Shown one piece after another: positions 1 through 9,930 of a DNA stretch of 64,000 nt (its first letter is position 1; every line of letters starts with the position of its first letter). The position numbers and the translations under genes are program-made. Origin of the DNA: an uncultured Rhodocyclaceae bacterium (GTDB taxonomy: Bacteria; Pseudomonadota; Gammaproteobacteria; Burkholderiales; Rhodocyclaceae); NCBI GenBank assembly GCA_907163075.1, contig CAJQTY010000003.1:50637-114636 (forward strand). The letters are read 5' to 3'. The notes beneath the pieces were generated by a model, which saw nothing but the letters and a program-made list of their open reading frames with translations, was not told the origin of the DNA and did no database searches.

Positions 1-2
1 TG

Positions 3-185
3 GGTTGGCGGAACCTGCGCGACATCCTGTCCGTGCAGCAACGCGTTACCGCCCGTTTTACGCAAAAGGATGGCCGCACGCTGCTTGTCCGCAAAGCGAC
101 TCAGCCCGAACCGAAGCTCAAGGCAATCTACGACGCGCTCGGACTTGGATACCTGCCCGGGGGAACGAAAAAACGCGTCAACTGA
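3..185 (+). mobile_element. 3' end (last ~60 codons) of a transposase-like gene entering from the left edge; family uncertain (IS4/IS1634-like tail)
   Basis: Frame 3 is open from the window edge to TGA 183-185: GWRNLRDILSVQQRVTARFTQKDGRTLLVRKATQPEPKLKAIYDALGLGYLPGGTKKRVN. The tail resembles C-termini I recall from IS4/IS1634-type transposases. A visibly lower-GC flank follows. Confidence 0.35.
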
Positions 186-502
186 GAACTCTCTCGTTCC
201 TGAACAGCACGTGTAGTGCCACTTGGGAATTTCTTAAACCGCAACCTTCTGGTTTATAAGGTATCTTTGAACCGCGCGTTAAACTCGGGCTAATACAAAA
301 CGAACAAAAGAATAGTTTGTGTCGTAAATTGGGGCCAAACGCTTGAAAAGCGTTCGCGCATCAGCCACCCGACGTGATTGGTAGATGCGATGAAAACCGA
401 ATTTACGATAAAAAACGGTGTGGTGGCATCGATCAAGCAACGGTTTAGTCGGTTATGCAACGGAGGGATAATGTCCAGATCCAAAATATGCGGGGGTCGA
501 AC

Positions 503-958
503 ATGAGCGCTTGTTGTTCATCGTCGGGATGCGACGAAAAGCATTCCCAAAAACATCGCTGCCCCGTCAATGGATTGGAGTACTCGGTAGTCACCGCACG
601 AACCATCACCCACCACATCAAGGAGTCTTGGAACTAGGCTCCATCCGCCAAGCAATACTATTTCTGCGATGACCCTGATTGCGACGTCGTGTATTTCGGA
701 GACGACGGCTCGACTATTCCCAAGTCCATGCTGCGGATCCGTGTCGGGACAATGGAACGGACGGGTAACGGTATGCTGTGCTACTGCTTTGGCGTCAACA
801 GGGCCGACTTTGAGCGCAATCCAGCCACTAGGGATTTCGTTATGGCCCAGACCAAGGCGAACTTGTGCTCTTGCGAGACCAGCAACCCTTCAGGGCGATG
901 TTGCCTGAAAGACTTCCCCAGACAGGGAGTCGAAAGCGGATTTGGCCGAGGTGTCTAG
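503..958 (+). pseudogene. CopZ-like / putative Fe-S cluster-binding metallochaperone gene interrupted by one in-frame TAG (635-637)
   Basis: ORFs 455-637 and 689-958 are in the same frame, separated only by TAG. Joined product: MSACCSSSGCDEKH..CPVNG..HHIKESWN*APSAKQYYFCDDPDCDVVYFGDDGS..LCYCFGV..CSCETSNPSGRCCLKDFP, the Cys-rich signature of this chaperone family. RBS GGGGG lies before ATG 503. Confidence 0.6.
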
Positions 959-982
959 GAAGCGCGTCATTTCCAGATTGTT

Positions 983-2215
983 TTATGCCGCAGATTTCTT
1001 TTTAATTTTAATAACATCTGCACCAATCCTCATTTTTTCGCACTCCACCGCCCACCAATCCATGAGATCTTTTCTCTCTTTTAGGAAGTCGCCGCGATCA
1101 TAGGCAAGACGTGTGGCGTCACCATGCTTGTGTGCAAGTTGAACTTCAACAACTTCCGGTCGCCACTTGCCTGAGCCGTGCGCAATAGTAGAGAAGGATG
1201 ATCGAAAGCCATGTGCTGTTGCTTCATCACCACTGTAGCCCATACGTCGGAGCGCAAGATTCACAGTGTTCTCAGACATGGGGCGTTCTTTGTTGACCAT
1301 GCCTGGAAAGCAAAGACGGCCCCGCCCGGTTAATTTCTGAAGAGCTTCCAGTATCGTGATTGCAGCATCGGTCAATGGCACAACATGCATCCGACGCGCC
1401 TTCATTTTGCCCATGGGAATGCGGATCAATTTGGATTCGTAATCGACCTCAGACCATTCCAAGTGCCGGATTTCACCTGGCCGTAATCCAAACAAGGCGG
1501 ACAATCTGAGTGCGCAGCAGGTTGAAAATCCTCCCTGATAAGCCCAAATATCCCTCAGAAGACCGCCAAACTCGGCGATATCGGTGATAGCTGGCATGTG
1601 TTTTTGCCGATGTGGGGGCAGTGCGCCCTTGAGGTCTTGCGATGGATCACGTTCTGCTCGTCCGGTCGCTATGGCGTATCGGAATACCATTCCGGCTACC
1701 ATACGCAGCCGGTGCGCGGTATCCAGCAAGCCTCGCTCCTCAACTCGGCGCAGAACAGCCAGCAATTCAGGCGCCTTGATTTCTCCAATGGGCCTACTTC
1801 CAATCCACGGGAAAGCATTCAATTCCAAGATGCGGATATTCTTCTCAGCCGTGTGCTCAGTCCATGTTGGCTTAAACTTGCCGTGCCATTCTCTGGACAC
1901 GATCTCAAAACTGTTTTCAGCCTGTTGGTAAGAAGTTAGTTTCTCGACCTTGCGCACCATACCGGGGTCGGTGCCATTCCGTAATTGCTCGCGCGCCTTG
2001 TCACGCCCTTTTCTGGCTTGTTCCAGCGAGACCTCTGGATATGTACCGAGTGCTAGCGTTTTTTGCTTGCCGGCAAATCGGTACGCCAGACGCCAATACT
2101 TTCCGCCTTTTGGATCGACCAAAAGAAACATGCCGCCACCGTCGGCCAGTTTGTGAGGCTTCTCACCCGGCTTTTCATGCTTGACCGCCAGCGCTGATAA
2201 GGCTCCGATAGTCAT
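983..2215 (-). CDS. tyrosine recombinase, P4-type phage/island integrase (DUF4102 N-domain)
   Basis: 410 aa. N-terminus KLADGGGMFLLVDPKGGKYWRLAYRFAGKQKTLALGTYPEVSLEQAR is typical of P4-like integrases. C-terminal HGFRSSFST...LAHKHGDATRLAYDR is the catalytic region. It lies next to the 3' end of tRNA-Val. Confidence 0.9.
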   Translation of the reverse strand: MTIGALSALAVKHEKPGEKPHKLADGGGMFLLVDPKGGKYWRLAYRFAGKQKTLALGTYPEVSLEQARKGRDKAREQLRNGTDPGMVRKVEKLTSYQQAENSFEIVSREWHGKFKPTWTEHTAEKNIRILELNAFPWIGSRPIGEIKAPELLAVLRRVEERGLLDTAHRLRMVAGMVFRYAIATGRAERDPSQDLKGALPPHRQKHMPAITDIAEFGGLLRDIWAYQGGFSTCCALRLSALFGLRPGEIRHLEWSEVDYESKLIRIPMGKMKARRMHVVPLTDAAITILEALQKLTGRGRLCFPGMVNKERPMSENTVNLALRRMGYSGDEATAHGFRSSFSTIAHGSGKWRPEVVEVQLAHKHGDATRLAYDRGDFLKERKDLMDWWAVECEKMRIGADVIKIKKKSAA

Positions 2216-2326
2216 AAGTAACTCGCTGTCATTACAGTTGTTGGTATGTGTACTTTAGTACCACCCAGATACCAACACAAGTACCAACAAAATGATGAGA
2301 CTTCATGACACTTACTGCAACCATAC

Positions 2327-2365
2327 AAAACAAAAAAGCCCCGGAATCCTATGATTCATGGGGCT
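2327..2365 (-). terminator. Rho-independent terminator downstream of tRNA-Val
   Basis: Minus strand: AGCCCC..GAATC-loop-GATTC..GGGGCT hairpin (6 bp + 5 bp with a tetraloop), followed by TTTTTTGTTTT. Confidence 0.55.
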
Positions 2366-2400
2366 TCTGAGACCGCATGCTACTTAATGACTTTTTTGGC

Positions 2401-2476
2401 TGGTGGGTGCTGACGGGCTCGAACCGCCGACATCCAGCTTGTAAGGCTAGCGCTCTACCAACTGAGCTAAGCACCC
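2401..2476 (-). tRNA. tRNA-Val (anticodon TAC)
   Basis: Reverse complement GGGTGCTTAGCTCAGTTGGTAGAGCGCTAGCCTTACAAGCTGGATGTCGGCGGTTCGAGCCCGTCAGCACCCACCA. It has a 7-bp acceptor stem, anticodon loop CTTACAA, a GTTCGAGCC T-arm and an encoded CCA. Confidence 0.95.
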
Positions 2477-2504
2477 AGAAATCGCAACCGAGGCACAAGG
2501 TCGG

Positions 2505-2777
2505 CTAGTTTACAGCATCCTTGAGGCCTTTACCAGCGCGGAACTTAGGTACTTTGGCCGCCTTGATCTTGATCGCCACGCCGGTGCTCGGGTTGCGGCC
2601 GCTGCGGGGCGCACGTTTGCCGACGTAGAAGGTTCCAAATCCAACCAGGGTCACCATGCCGCCCTGCTTGAGCGAGGTCTTCACGGCGTCAATGGTCGCA
2701 TCAAGGGCACGGCCGGCAGCGGCCTTGGACAGATCGGCGGATTTGGCGATCTGATCAATCAGTTCTGATTTATTCAT
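2505..2777 (-). CDS. hupB: DNA-binding protein HU beta
   Basis: 90 aa: [98 protein letters not shown]. Conserved position after lon. Confidence 0.92.
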   Translation of the reverse strand: MNKSELIDQIAKSADLSKAAAGRALDATIDAVKTSLKQGGMVTLVGFGTFYVGKRAPRSGRNPSTGVAIKIKAAKVPKFRAGKGLKDAVN

Positions 2778-2826
2778 GCTTGTCCCCTCCGATTGATAGT
2801 GGAATAACAGAAAACCTGCAAGAGCC

Positions 2827-2855
2827 TTATAACAAGGCCGAAAACCGCATGTCAA
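2827..2855 (-). promoter_or_regulatory. candidate sigma70 promoter of hupB
   Basis: Minus strand: TTGACA, 17 nt, TTATAA(G), about 50 nt upstream of the hupB ATG. Confidence 0.45.
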
Positions 2856-2948
2856 GCGGATCGAGGGGCAGATTGCGGTACTCTTTCGGCACGCCGGGGG
2901 AAGTGCGGACAGACCAGGAAAACTGTTCCCGGCCTGCCCAAAACTGAA

Positions 2949-5363
2949 TCAATGCGTGACGATGGACTGTGCCGCCGCGCTCTCGGCGACGGCCGCGACA
3001 TCAGGTGTTATTGCGTCCTCGGTCAGTGCTTGCGGCAGGCGTTCGAGGGCCAGTTCAAGCACCTTGTCGATCCACCTGACCGGGATGATTTCCAGCTTGT
3101 TCTTGATGTTGTCCGGAATCTCGGCGAGGTCCCTGACATTCTCTTCCGGAATCAGAACACGCCCGAGTCCGCCACGAACGGCAGCCAGCAGCTTTTCCTT
3201 GAGTCCGCCGATCGGCAACACTTCACCACGCAGAGTGATTTCGCCGGTCATCGCCACGTCGCAACGCACCGGGATACCGGTCAGCACCGACACCAGCGCG
3301 GTACAGATACCGACGCCCGCCGACGGACCATCCTTGGGTATCGCGCCCTCGGGAAGGTGAATGTGAATATCGCTCTTCTGGTAAAAATCGTCGACGATGC
3401 CCAAGGACCTGGAGCGCTTGCGGACGACCGACAGCGCGGCCTGGATCGATTCCTGCATCACCTCGCCAAGTTTTCCGGTGGTGATCGTCTTGCCCTTGCC
3501 GGGGAGCACGACGGACTCGATGGTCAGCAACTCGCCGCCCACTTCGGTCCACGCCAGACCGGTTACTTGCCCGACCTGGTTTTCGCGCTCGGCCATGCCA
3601 AAACTGTAGCGGCGAACGCCGAGGAACTTGTCGAGATTGCGCGCGGTGACCGCGATCTTGGTCTGATTCTTCTTGAGCAGCAGCGTCTTCACGACCTTGC
3701 GGCAGATCTTCGAGATATCCCTTTCCAGCGCGCGCACCCCGGCTTCGCGGGTGTAATAGCGAACGATGTCGCGCAAGGCGCTTTCCGCCACCGTCAGTTC
3801 GGTCTTCTTCAGGCCGTTGGTCTTCATCTGCTTGGGCAGAAGATAACGATGGGCGATGTTGATTTTTTCGTCCTCGGTGTAACCGGAAAGACGGATCACT
3901 TCCATGCGGTCGAGCAAAGGCGCCGGAATGTTCATCGTATTGGCCGTCGCCACGAACATCACTTCCGAGAGGTCGTATTCGACTTCGACGTAATGATCGA
4001 CGAACGTGGAGTTCTGCTCCGGGTCGAGCACTTCAAGCAGTGCCGAACTCGGATCGCCACGGAAGTCCTGCCCCATCTTGTCGACTTCGTCGAGCAGGAA
4101 AAGCGGATTCTTGACCCCGACCTTGGTCATGTTCTGCAGGATCTTGCCGGGCATCGAACCGATATAGGTGCGACGGTGACCGCGAATCTCGGCCTCGTCG
4201 CGCACGCCACCGAGGCTCATGCGAACGAATTTTCGACCGGTGGCAGTCGCGATAGACTGGCCCAGAGAGGTCTTGCCGACGCCCGGAGGCCCAACGAGAC
4301 ACAGGATCGGCGCCTTCAGCTTGTCCACCCGCTGTTGCACCGCAAGATACTCGATGATGCGTTCCTTGACCTTCTCCAGCCCCCAGTGATCCTTGTCGAG
4401 AACCTTTCCGGCCTCGGCCAGGTCGCGGCTGATACGCGTCTTCTTGCGCCATGGCAGGCTGATCAGCGTCTCGATGAAATTGCGCACGACCGAAGCCTCG
4501 GCCGACATCGGCGACATCAGCTTGAGCTTCTTGAGTTCTGACTGCACCTTGGCCATGCCTTCCTTGCTCATGCCGGCGGCCTTGGCCTTCTTCTCAAGCT
4601 CTTCGTAATCGGCGCCCTCTTCGCCTTCGCCGAGTTCCTTCTGGATGGCCTTGACCTGCTCGTTGAGGTAATACTCGCGCTGGCTTTTTTCCATCTGGCG
4701 CTTGACGCGGCCGCGGATACGCTTTTCGACCTGCAGAATGTCGATTTCAGTTTCGAGTTGCGAAAGCAGGCGCTCGATGCGCGGGCGAATCTCGAACATC
4801 TCGAGCACATCCTGCTTCTGCTCGAGTTTGAGCGGCAGGTGCGCGGCGATGGTATCGGCCAGGCGCCCGGCTTCCTCGATGCCGGCGATCGAGGTCAGTA
4901 TTTCTGGCGGAATTTTTTTGTTCAGCTTGACGTACTGGTCAAACTGGGCGATGACCGCGCGCCGCAGTGCCTCCACTTCGTGGTCAACACCGTCCTCGGC
5001 ATCGACCGGCCGCAACCTGGCGACAAACATTTCATCGCGGAACTCGATCGCGTCGACACGCGCGCGCTGCGTGCCTTCAACGAGCACTTTCACGGTGCCG
5101 TCCGGCAGTTTAAGCATTTGCAGGATATTGGCGACGCAGCCGATGGTGTACAGATCGTCGGCTTCGGGTTCGTCCTTGACCGCCGATTTCTGAGCCACCA
5201 GCAGGATACCCTTGCCGGCTTCCATGGCTACCTCAAGGGCCTTGATCGATTTTGGGCGCCCGACGAAGAGCGGGATTACCATGTGCGGGAAAACCACCAC
5301 GTCGCGCAGGGGCAACAGCGGCAATTCAACGGACTCGGCAGACAGGGGAAGGGTGGTGGGCAT
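2949..5363 (-). CDS. lon: ATP-dependent Lon protease
   Basis: 804 aa. LPLLPLRDVVVFPHMVIPLFVGRPKSI N-domain, GPPGVGKTSLGQSIA Walker A, PKDGPSAGVGICTALVSVLTG catalytic Ser region. Confidence 0.97.
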   Translation of the reverse strand: MPTTLPLSAESVELPLLPLRDVVVFPHMVIPLFVGRPKSIKALEVAMEAGKGILLVAQKSAVKDEPEADDLYTIGCVANILQMLKLPDGTVKVLVEGTQRARVDAIEFRDEMFVARLRPVDAEDGVDHEVEALRRAVIAQFDQYVKLNKKIPPEILTSIAGIEEAGRLADTIAAHLPLKLEQKQDVLEMFEIRPRIERLLSQLETEIDILQVEKRIRGRVKRQMEKSQREYYLNEQVKAIQKELGEGEEGADYEELEKKAKAAGMSKEGMAKVQSELKKLKLMSPMSAEASVVRNFIETLISLPWRKKTRISRDLAEAGKVLDKDHWGLEKVKERIIEYLAVQQRVDKLKAPILCLVGPPGVGKTSLGQSIATATGRKFVRMSLGGVRDEAEIRGHRRTYIGSMPGKILQNMTKVGVKNPLFLLDEVDKMGQDFRGDPSSALLEVLDPEQNSTFVDHYVEVEYDLSEVMFVATANTMNIPAPLLDRMEVIRLSGYTEDEKINIAHRYLLPKQMKTNGLKKTELTVAESALRDIVRYYTREAGVRALERDISKICRKVVKTLLLKKNQTKIAVTARNLDKFLGVRRYSFGMAERENQVGQVTGLAWTEVGGELLTIESVVLPGKGKTITTGKLGEVMQESIQAALSVVRKRSRSLGIVDDFYQKSDIHIHLPEGAIPKDGPSAGVGICTALVSVLTGIPVRCDVAMTGEITLRGEVLPIGGLKEKLLAAVRGGLGRVLIPEENVRDLAEIPDNIKNKLEIIPVRWIDKVLELALERLPQALTEDAITPDVAAVAESAAAQSIVTH

Positions 5364-5399
5364 TAATTGTGTGCTCTATAGGTGTGGGTTCAGCCCCCG

Positions 5400-5427
5400 A
5401 CATGGGGGCTTGGGGCTGCATTTCAAG
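5400..5427 (-). promoter_or_regulatory. sigma32 (RpoH) heat-shock promoter of lon
   Basis: Minus strand: CTTGAAA, 13 nt (tgcagccccaagc), CCCCATGT, about 35 nt upstream of the lon ATG. It matches the E. coli sigma32 consensus CTTGAA-N13-17-CCCCATNT. Confidence 0.65.
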
Positions 5428-5449
5428 CCGCGGGTGGCGGCAACACGCG

Positions 5450-6721
5450 TCAGTTGGAACCAGAGACCTTGGCTTGATCCGCGTAGATCAGAATCGGTTT
5501 GGCGTCACTGCTGATCACGTTTTCGTCAATGACGACCTTGGCGACATTCTCCATTCCCGGTAGCTCGTACATGGTATCGAGCAGCACCGATTCGAGGATC
5601 GAACGCAGGCCGCGGGCGCCGGTCTTGCGCTCAAGCGCTCGCTTGGCAATGGCGTTCATCGCTGCCGGCCGGATTTCCAGTTCGACGTTTTCCATCGAGA
5701 ACAGCTTCTGGTACTGCTTGACCAGCGCATTCTTCGGCTCAATGAGAATCTGCACCAGGGCCTCGGTGGACAGCTCCTCGAGCGTGGCAATCACCGGCAG
5801 GCGACCGATCAGTTCGGGAATCAGGCCGAACTTGATGAGATCCTCAGGCTCGACAGTACGCAGCACCTCGCCGATCGCCTTCTTGTCGTCCTTGCTTTTC
5901 ACTTCGGCGCCAAAGCCCATGCCGCCGCGTTCGGAACGGTCGCGGATGACTTTCTCCAGGCCGTCGAAGGCGCCGCCGCAAACGAACAGGATGTTGGTGG
6001 TATCGACCTGCACAAAATCCTGATTCGGATGCTTGCGCCCGCCCTGCGGCGGAACCGAAGCGACCGTTCCTTCGATCAACTTGAGCAGCGCCTGCTGCAC
6101 ACCTTCCCCGGAAACGTCGCGGGTGATCGAGGGGTTGTCCGACTTGCGCGAAATCTTGTCGATTTCATCGATATAGACGATGCCCTGCTGCGCCTTCTCG
6201 GTATCGTAATCGCACTTCTGCAGCAATTTCTGGATGATGTTCTCGACATCCTCGCCGACGTAGCCGGCTTCGGTCAGCGTCGTCGCATCGGCCATCACGA
6301 ACGGCACATTGAGCATGCGCGCGAGCGTTTGGGCGAGCAGTGTCTTGCCGGAACCGGTTGGGCCGATGAGCAGGATATTGCTCTTGGCCAGTTCGATATC
6401 ATCGTTCACTTTGCCGCGATGGCGCAGGCGCTTGTAGTGGTTATAAACCGCCACCGCCAAGATGCGCTTGGCCGGCTCCTGGCCGATCACGTACTGGTCG
6501 AGCAGCCCGGAAATCTCCCGCGGCGTTGGCAGGTCGCTCTTGGCAACCTTGCTGCCCTGGTCGGCGGAGATCTCGTCGCGAACGATATCGTTGCACAGTT
6601 CGATACACTCGTCGCAGATGAAAACGGACGGCCCGGCAATGAGCTTTTTCACCTCGTGCTGGCTCTTGCCGCAAAATGAACAGTAGAGCAATTTTTCGTT
6701 GCCGCTTTTCTTTTCAGCCAT
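5450..6721 (-). CDS. clpX: ATP-dependent Clp protease ATP-binding subunit ClpX
   Basis: 423 aa. Zn-finger [33 protein letters not shown], Walker [16 protein letters not shown]. Confidence 0.97.
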   Translation of the reverse strand: MAEKKSGNEKLLYCSFCGKSQHEVKKLIAGPSVFICDECIELCNDIVRDEISADQGSKVAKSDLPTPREISGLLDQYVIGQEPAKRILAVAVYNHYKRLRHRGKVNDDIELAKSNILLIGPTGSGKTLLAQTLARMLNVPFVMADATTLTEAGYVGEDVENIIQKLLQKCDYDTEKAQQGIVYIDEIDKISRKSDNPSITRDVSGEGVQQALLKLIEGTVASVPPQGGRKHPNQDFVQVDTTNILFVCGGAFDGLEKVIRDRSERGGMGFGAEVKSKDDKKAIGEVLRTVEPEDLIKFGLIPELIGRLPVIATLEELSTEALVQILIEPKNALVKQYQKLFSMENVELEIRPAAMNAIAKRALERKTGARGLRSILESVLLDTMYELPGMENVAKVVIDENVISSDAKPILIYADQAKVSGSN

Positions 6722-6790
6722 ATCGGCCTACCTCATTTCATTTGGCGATTGATTCAAGCCGGGAACACGAATCCGCAGGCAGATTCGCAA

Positions 6791-7429
6791 CTACACGGAT
6801 TCACGGGTCGACAGCACCTTGTCGATCAGTCCATAGTCCACGGCTTCCTGCGCGGACAGGAAATTGTCGCGGTCGGTATCGCGCTCGATGCGATCGATCG
6901 GCTGCCCGGTGTGGAAGGCCATGATCTCGTTGAGCTTGGCGCGCAGGGCGAGAATCTCCTTGGCGTGAATGGCGATATCCGAGGCCTGCCCCTGAAAGCC
7001 GCCCATCGGCTGGTGAATCATCACGCGCGAGTTGGGCAGGGCAAAGCGTTTGCCCTTGCTGCCGGCGGTCAGGAGGAAGGCGCCCATCGAACACGCCTGC
7101 CCCATGCACAGCGTCGACACGTCCGGCTTGACGAACTGCATGGTGTCGTAAATCGACATTCCGGCCGACACCGACCCGCCCGGCGAGTTGATATAGAAAT
7201 GGATATCCTTGTCGGGATTCTCGGCTTCCAGGAAAAGAAGCTGCGCCACGACCAGGTTGGCCGTGATGTCATTGACCGGCCCGACCAGGAAGACGACGCG
7301 CTCCTTGAGCAGGCGCGAGTAGATGTCGTACGCCCGCTCGCCGCGGCCGCTCTGCTCGATGACCATCGGCACCAGGCCCAGCGCCTGGGGATCCCACGGG
7401 CTCGCGGATTCAAAACGATCAAAACTCAT
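6791..7429 (-). CDS. clpP: ATP-dependent Clp protease proteolytic subunit ClpP
   Basis: 212 aa. [52 protein letters not shown]. Confidence 0.97.
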   Translation of the reverse strand: MSFDRFESASPWDPQALGLVPMVIEQSGRGERAYDIYSRLLKERVVFLVGPVNDITANLVVAQLLFLEAENPDKDIHFYINSPGGSVSAGMSIYDTMQFVKPDVSTLCMGQACSMGAFLLTAGSKGKRFALPNSRVMIHQPMGGFQGQASDIAIHAKEILALRAKLNEIMAFHTGQPIDRIERDTDRDNFLSAQEAVDYGLIDKVLSTRESV

Positions 7430-7461
7430 GCCAGCTCCTAAATGTGCGGGGTAATGCCGGT

Positions 7462-8793
7462 TCAGGCCTTGTGCCCCATCAGCTCGTCAAAGGCCACCGT
7501 CTTATCGACAACCCTGGCACTCGATAGTGCCCAGGCGACGACATTATCCTCGATCGCCACGCCCTCGATCTCGGCCAGGCGCTGCGGCTGGGCGTAGTAC
7601 CAGCGGATTACTTCCTCGGGATGCTCGTAGCTCTGCGCGGTCTCCTCGACGATCGTCTTGATCTGGTCGGCCTTGGCGTGCAGTTCATTGACCTTGACGA
7701 TCTCGGAGAGAATCAGGCCGAGACTGACGCGACGCTTGGCCTGGTCGACAAACCACTCGCGCTGCATCGGGAAATCCTTCATCTTGACGCCGCCACGCTG
7801 CTCCATGTCCTGGCGCGCGGACTGCATCAGGCGCTGAATCTCCATTTCAACCAGCGCGTTAGGCACATCGATCGGGTTGGCCTTGAGCAGCGCCTGCATG
7901 ACCTGATCCTTGACCCGGCCATGCAGGCGCTTCTTCACCTCGCGCTTGAGGTTGGCCTCGATCTCGGCGCTCATCTTGGCGATATCGCCATCCTCGACGC
8001 CAAGCGCCTTGGCAAAATCGGCATCGATTTCCGGCAGGATGGCTTCGCGCACTTCCTTGACGGTAATCTCGAAGTTTACCGCCTGGCCCGCCAGTTCCTT
8101 GGCCGAGTAATCGGCCGGAAAGGTCATTTCAAACGACTTGGTTTCGCCCGCCTTGAGCCCGAGCACGGCGTTTTCGAAGTCAGCCAGCATGGCGCCTTCA
8201 CCAAGCACGAAGGGATAGTCGTTGGCCTGGCCGCCCTGAAAGGGAACGCCGTCCTTTTTTCCGAGGAAGTCGATGGTCACCCGGTCGCCGCTTGCCGCCG
8301 CGCGATCAACCGGCTCGTAGCGCACTCGCTGCTTGCGCAGGACGGCCAGTGTGCTGTCCATTTCTGCGGCGCCGACTTCAAGCACCGGACGTTCGATTTC
8401 GACATCCTTCAGCTCACCCAGCTTGATTTCGGGGTAAACCTCGAAAACAGCGGAAAACTCCATATGCGTCGTGCTTTCGCTGGTCTTCGGCTCGATGCTC
8501 GGCTGCCCGGCGACGCGCAGCGCCTGGACCTTGACCGTCTCGCCAAAAGCTTTTTCAAGCGCTTCATTCATCGCTTCATAGCGGGCCTGATCGCCGTATT
8601 GCTGCTTGACGATGTTGGCTGGCACCTTGCCCGGGCGGAAACCGGGCATTTTAATGTTTTTGCCGATACGCTTCAGACGAACGTCAGTCTCTTTTTCTAG
8701 ATCGGCGATAGCCAGCGCCAGATCCATGCGGCGCTCCAGGGGCTTGGTCAGCGGCGCGGCTTCGGCGTTCGTGGTTGTAGCGTTCGTTTCCAT
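7462..8793 (-). CDS. tig: trigger factor
   Basis: About 443 aa from ATG 8793 (AAGGAA RBS). [11 protein letters not shown] motif, PPIase-like middle domain, conserved position upstream of clpP. The ORF track start at 8817 is probably too long. Confidence 0.92.
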   Translation of the reverse strand: METNATTTNAEAAPLTKPLERRMDLALAIADLEKETDVRLKRIGKNIKMPGFRPGKVPANIVKQQYGDQARYEAMNEALEKAFGETVKVQALRVAGQPSIEPKTSESTTHMEFSAVFEVYPEIKLGELKDVEIERPVLEVGAAEMDSTLAVLRKQRVRYEPVDRAAASGDRVTIDFLGKKDGVPFQGGQANDYPFVLGEGAMLADFENAVLGLKAGETKSFEMTFPADYSAKELAGQAVNFEITVKEVREAILPEIDADFAKALGVEDGDIAKMSAEIEANLKREVKKRLHGRVKDQVMQALLKANPIDVPNALVEMEIQRLMQSARQDMEQRGGVKMKDFPMQREWFVDQAKRRVSLGLILSEIVKVNELHAKADQIKTIVEETAQSYEHPEEVIRWYYAQPQRLAEIEGVAIEDNVVAWALSSARVVDKTVAFDELMGHKA

Positions 8794-8857
8794 TGAGATT
8801 CCTTGAAGTCTTGTCAATTCGGGCCGAGAATCTGCCGCTCAGTCGATCAGTTGATTG

Positions 8858-8944
8858 TGGTGCGAGAGAAGGGAGTCGAACCCCCACGCCTTGCGGCGCT
8901 GGAACCTAAATCCAGTGCGTCTACCAATTCCGCCACTCTCGCGC
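8858..8944 (-). tRNA. tRNA-Leu (anticodon TAG), long variable arm
   Basis: Reverse complement GCGCGAGAGTGGCGGAATTGGTAGACGCACTGGATTTAGGTTCCAGCGCCGCAAGGCGTGGGGGTTCGACTCCCTTCTCTCGCACCA. Anticodon loop TTTAGGT. 87 nt. Confidence 0.93.
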
Positions 8945-9020
8945 TTAATCGATTATTTTACCCGAGATATGCCTATACTGTCAGCCGCCGGAATGTGTAA
9001 ACCTCGGCCGGCGGCCGCAG

Positions 9021-9059
9021 AGCCATTTTCAGCCATTTCAGCCACTCCAAGCCATTTTC
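9021..9059. repeat. four tandem-ish copies of AGCCAYTY(T)C upstream of hpnC
   Basis: agccattttc agccatttc agccactcc a agccattttc, read directly from the sequence, 40-80 nt upstream of the hpnC ATG. Confidence 0.6.
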
Positions 9060-9099
9060 GATCCCCGGCCACGCCCGCTCAATTCAAGCAATCTCCGTA

Positions 9100-9909
9100 A
9101 TGTCGGTTCACCACTACGAAAATTTTCCTGTCGCCTCGATTCTGCTGCCCCGGCGGCTGCGCCGGCCGATTGAAGCGATCTACCGTTTCGCGCGCGGTGC
9201 CGACGATATCGCCGACGAAGGCGATGCCGGCGATGCCGAGCGCCTGCACGGGCTCGCCGCCTACCGCGCCGAACTGGACCGCATCGGACACGGTGAACGC
9301 CCCGCCAACAAGGCGTTCGACGAGTTGGCCGCAGTCATCGGCGAATGGCGCCTGCCGGTCCCGCTTTTTAGCGATCTGCTCGACGCCTTCGCGCAGGACG
9401 TGGTCAAGAAACGCTACGCCGACTACCCCGAACTGCTCGACTATTGCCGGCGCTCGGCCAATCCGGTAGGCCGCCTGCTGGTGCACCTGGTCGACCGCGC
9501 CAGCGACGAAAACCTGCGCCGATCCGATTGCATCTGCACGGCGCTGCAACTGATCAACTTCTGGCAGGACATCGCCATCGACTGGAAAAAAGACCGCGTT
9601 TACATCCCGCGCAGCGATCTCCTGCGCTTCGGCGTGGACGAAACGCAAATAGCCGAGAACCGCTGCGACGGCCAATGGGCGGCGTTGATCGAGTTCCAGA
9701 CCGAGCGCACGCGCCGCCTGATGCTTGACGGCCTGCCGCTGGTACATCAACTGCCCGGGCGCATGGGCTGGGAAATTCGCCTTACGGTGCAGGGGGGGCT
9801 GCGCATTCTCGAACAGATTGACCGCGTGCGCGGCGACGTATTCCGGCAGCGCCCGCTGCTACGCCCCGCGGACTGGCTGCGGATGGGCAGCCGCGCGTTG
9901 TTTATGTAA
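9100..9909 (+). CDS. hpnC: hydroxysqualene synthase HpnC (squalene/phytoene synthase family)
   Basis: 269 aa. Starts MSVHHYENFPVASILLPRRLRRPIEAIYRFARGADDIADEG, the HpnC-type N-terminus. Followed by hpnD and hpnE. Confidence 0.85.
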   Translation: MSVHHYENFPVASILLPRRLRRPIEAIYRFARGADDIADEGDAGDAERLHGLAAYRAELDRIGHGERPANKAFDELAAVIGEWRLPVPLFSDLLDAFAQDVVKKRYADYPELLDYCRRSANPVGRLLVHLVDRASDENLRRSDCICTALQLINFWQDIAIDWKKDRVYIPRSDLLRFGVDETQIAENRCDGQWAALIEFQTERTRRLMLDGLPLVHQLPGRMGWEIRLTVQGGLRILEQIDRVRGDVFRQRPLLRPADWLRMGSRALFM

Positions 9910-9930
9910 GAATCCCGGAACCCGAAAACC

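Noticed and set aside
417-430. Possible att repeat (tggtggcatcgatc) resembling the tRNA-Val 3' end
   Set aside because: Only the first 6 nt match tggtgggtgctgac, which is too short to call an att site.
635-637. The in-frame TAG as programmed recoding (pyrrolysine or suppression)
   Set aside because: There is no pyl machinery context in a proteobacterium. The stop replaces what is most simply a TGG Trp codon, so a nonsense mutation or sequencing error is far more likely.
2952-4541. 529-aa plus-strand ORF (and 4758-5366, 3223-3552 etc.) overlapping lon
   Set aside because: These are antisense shadow ORFs inside a clearly identified lon gene. They are Arg/Gly/Asp-rich with low complexity, which is typical of high-GC DNA.
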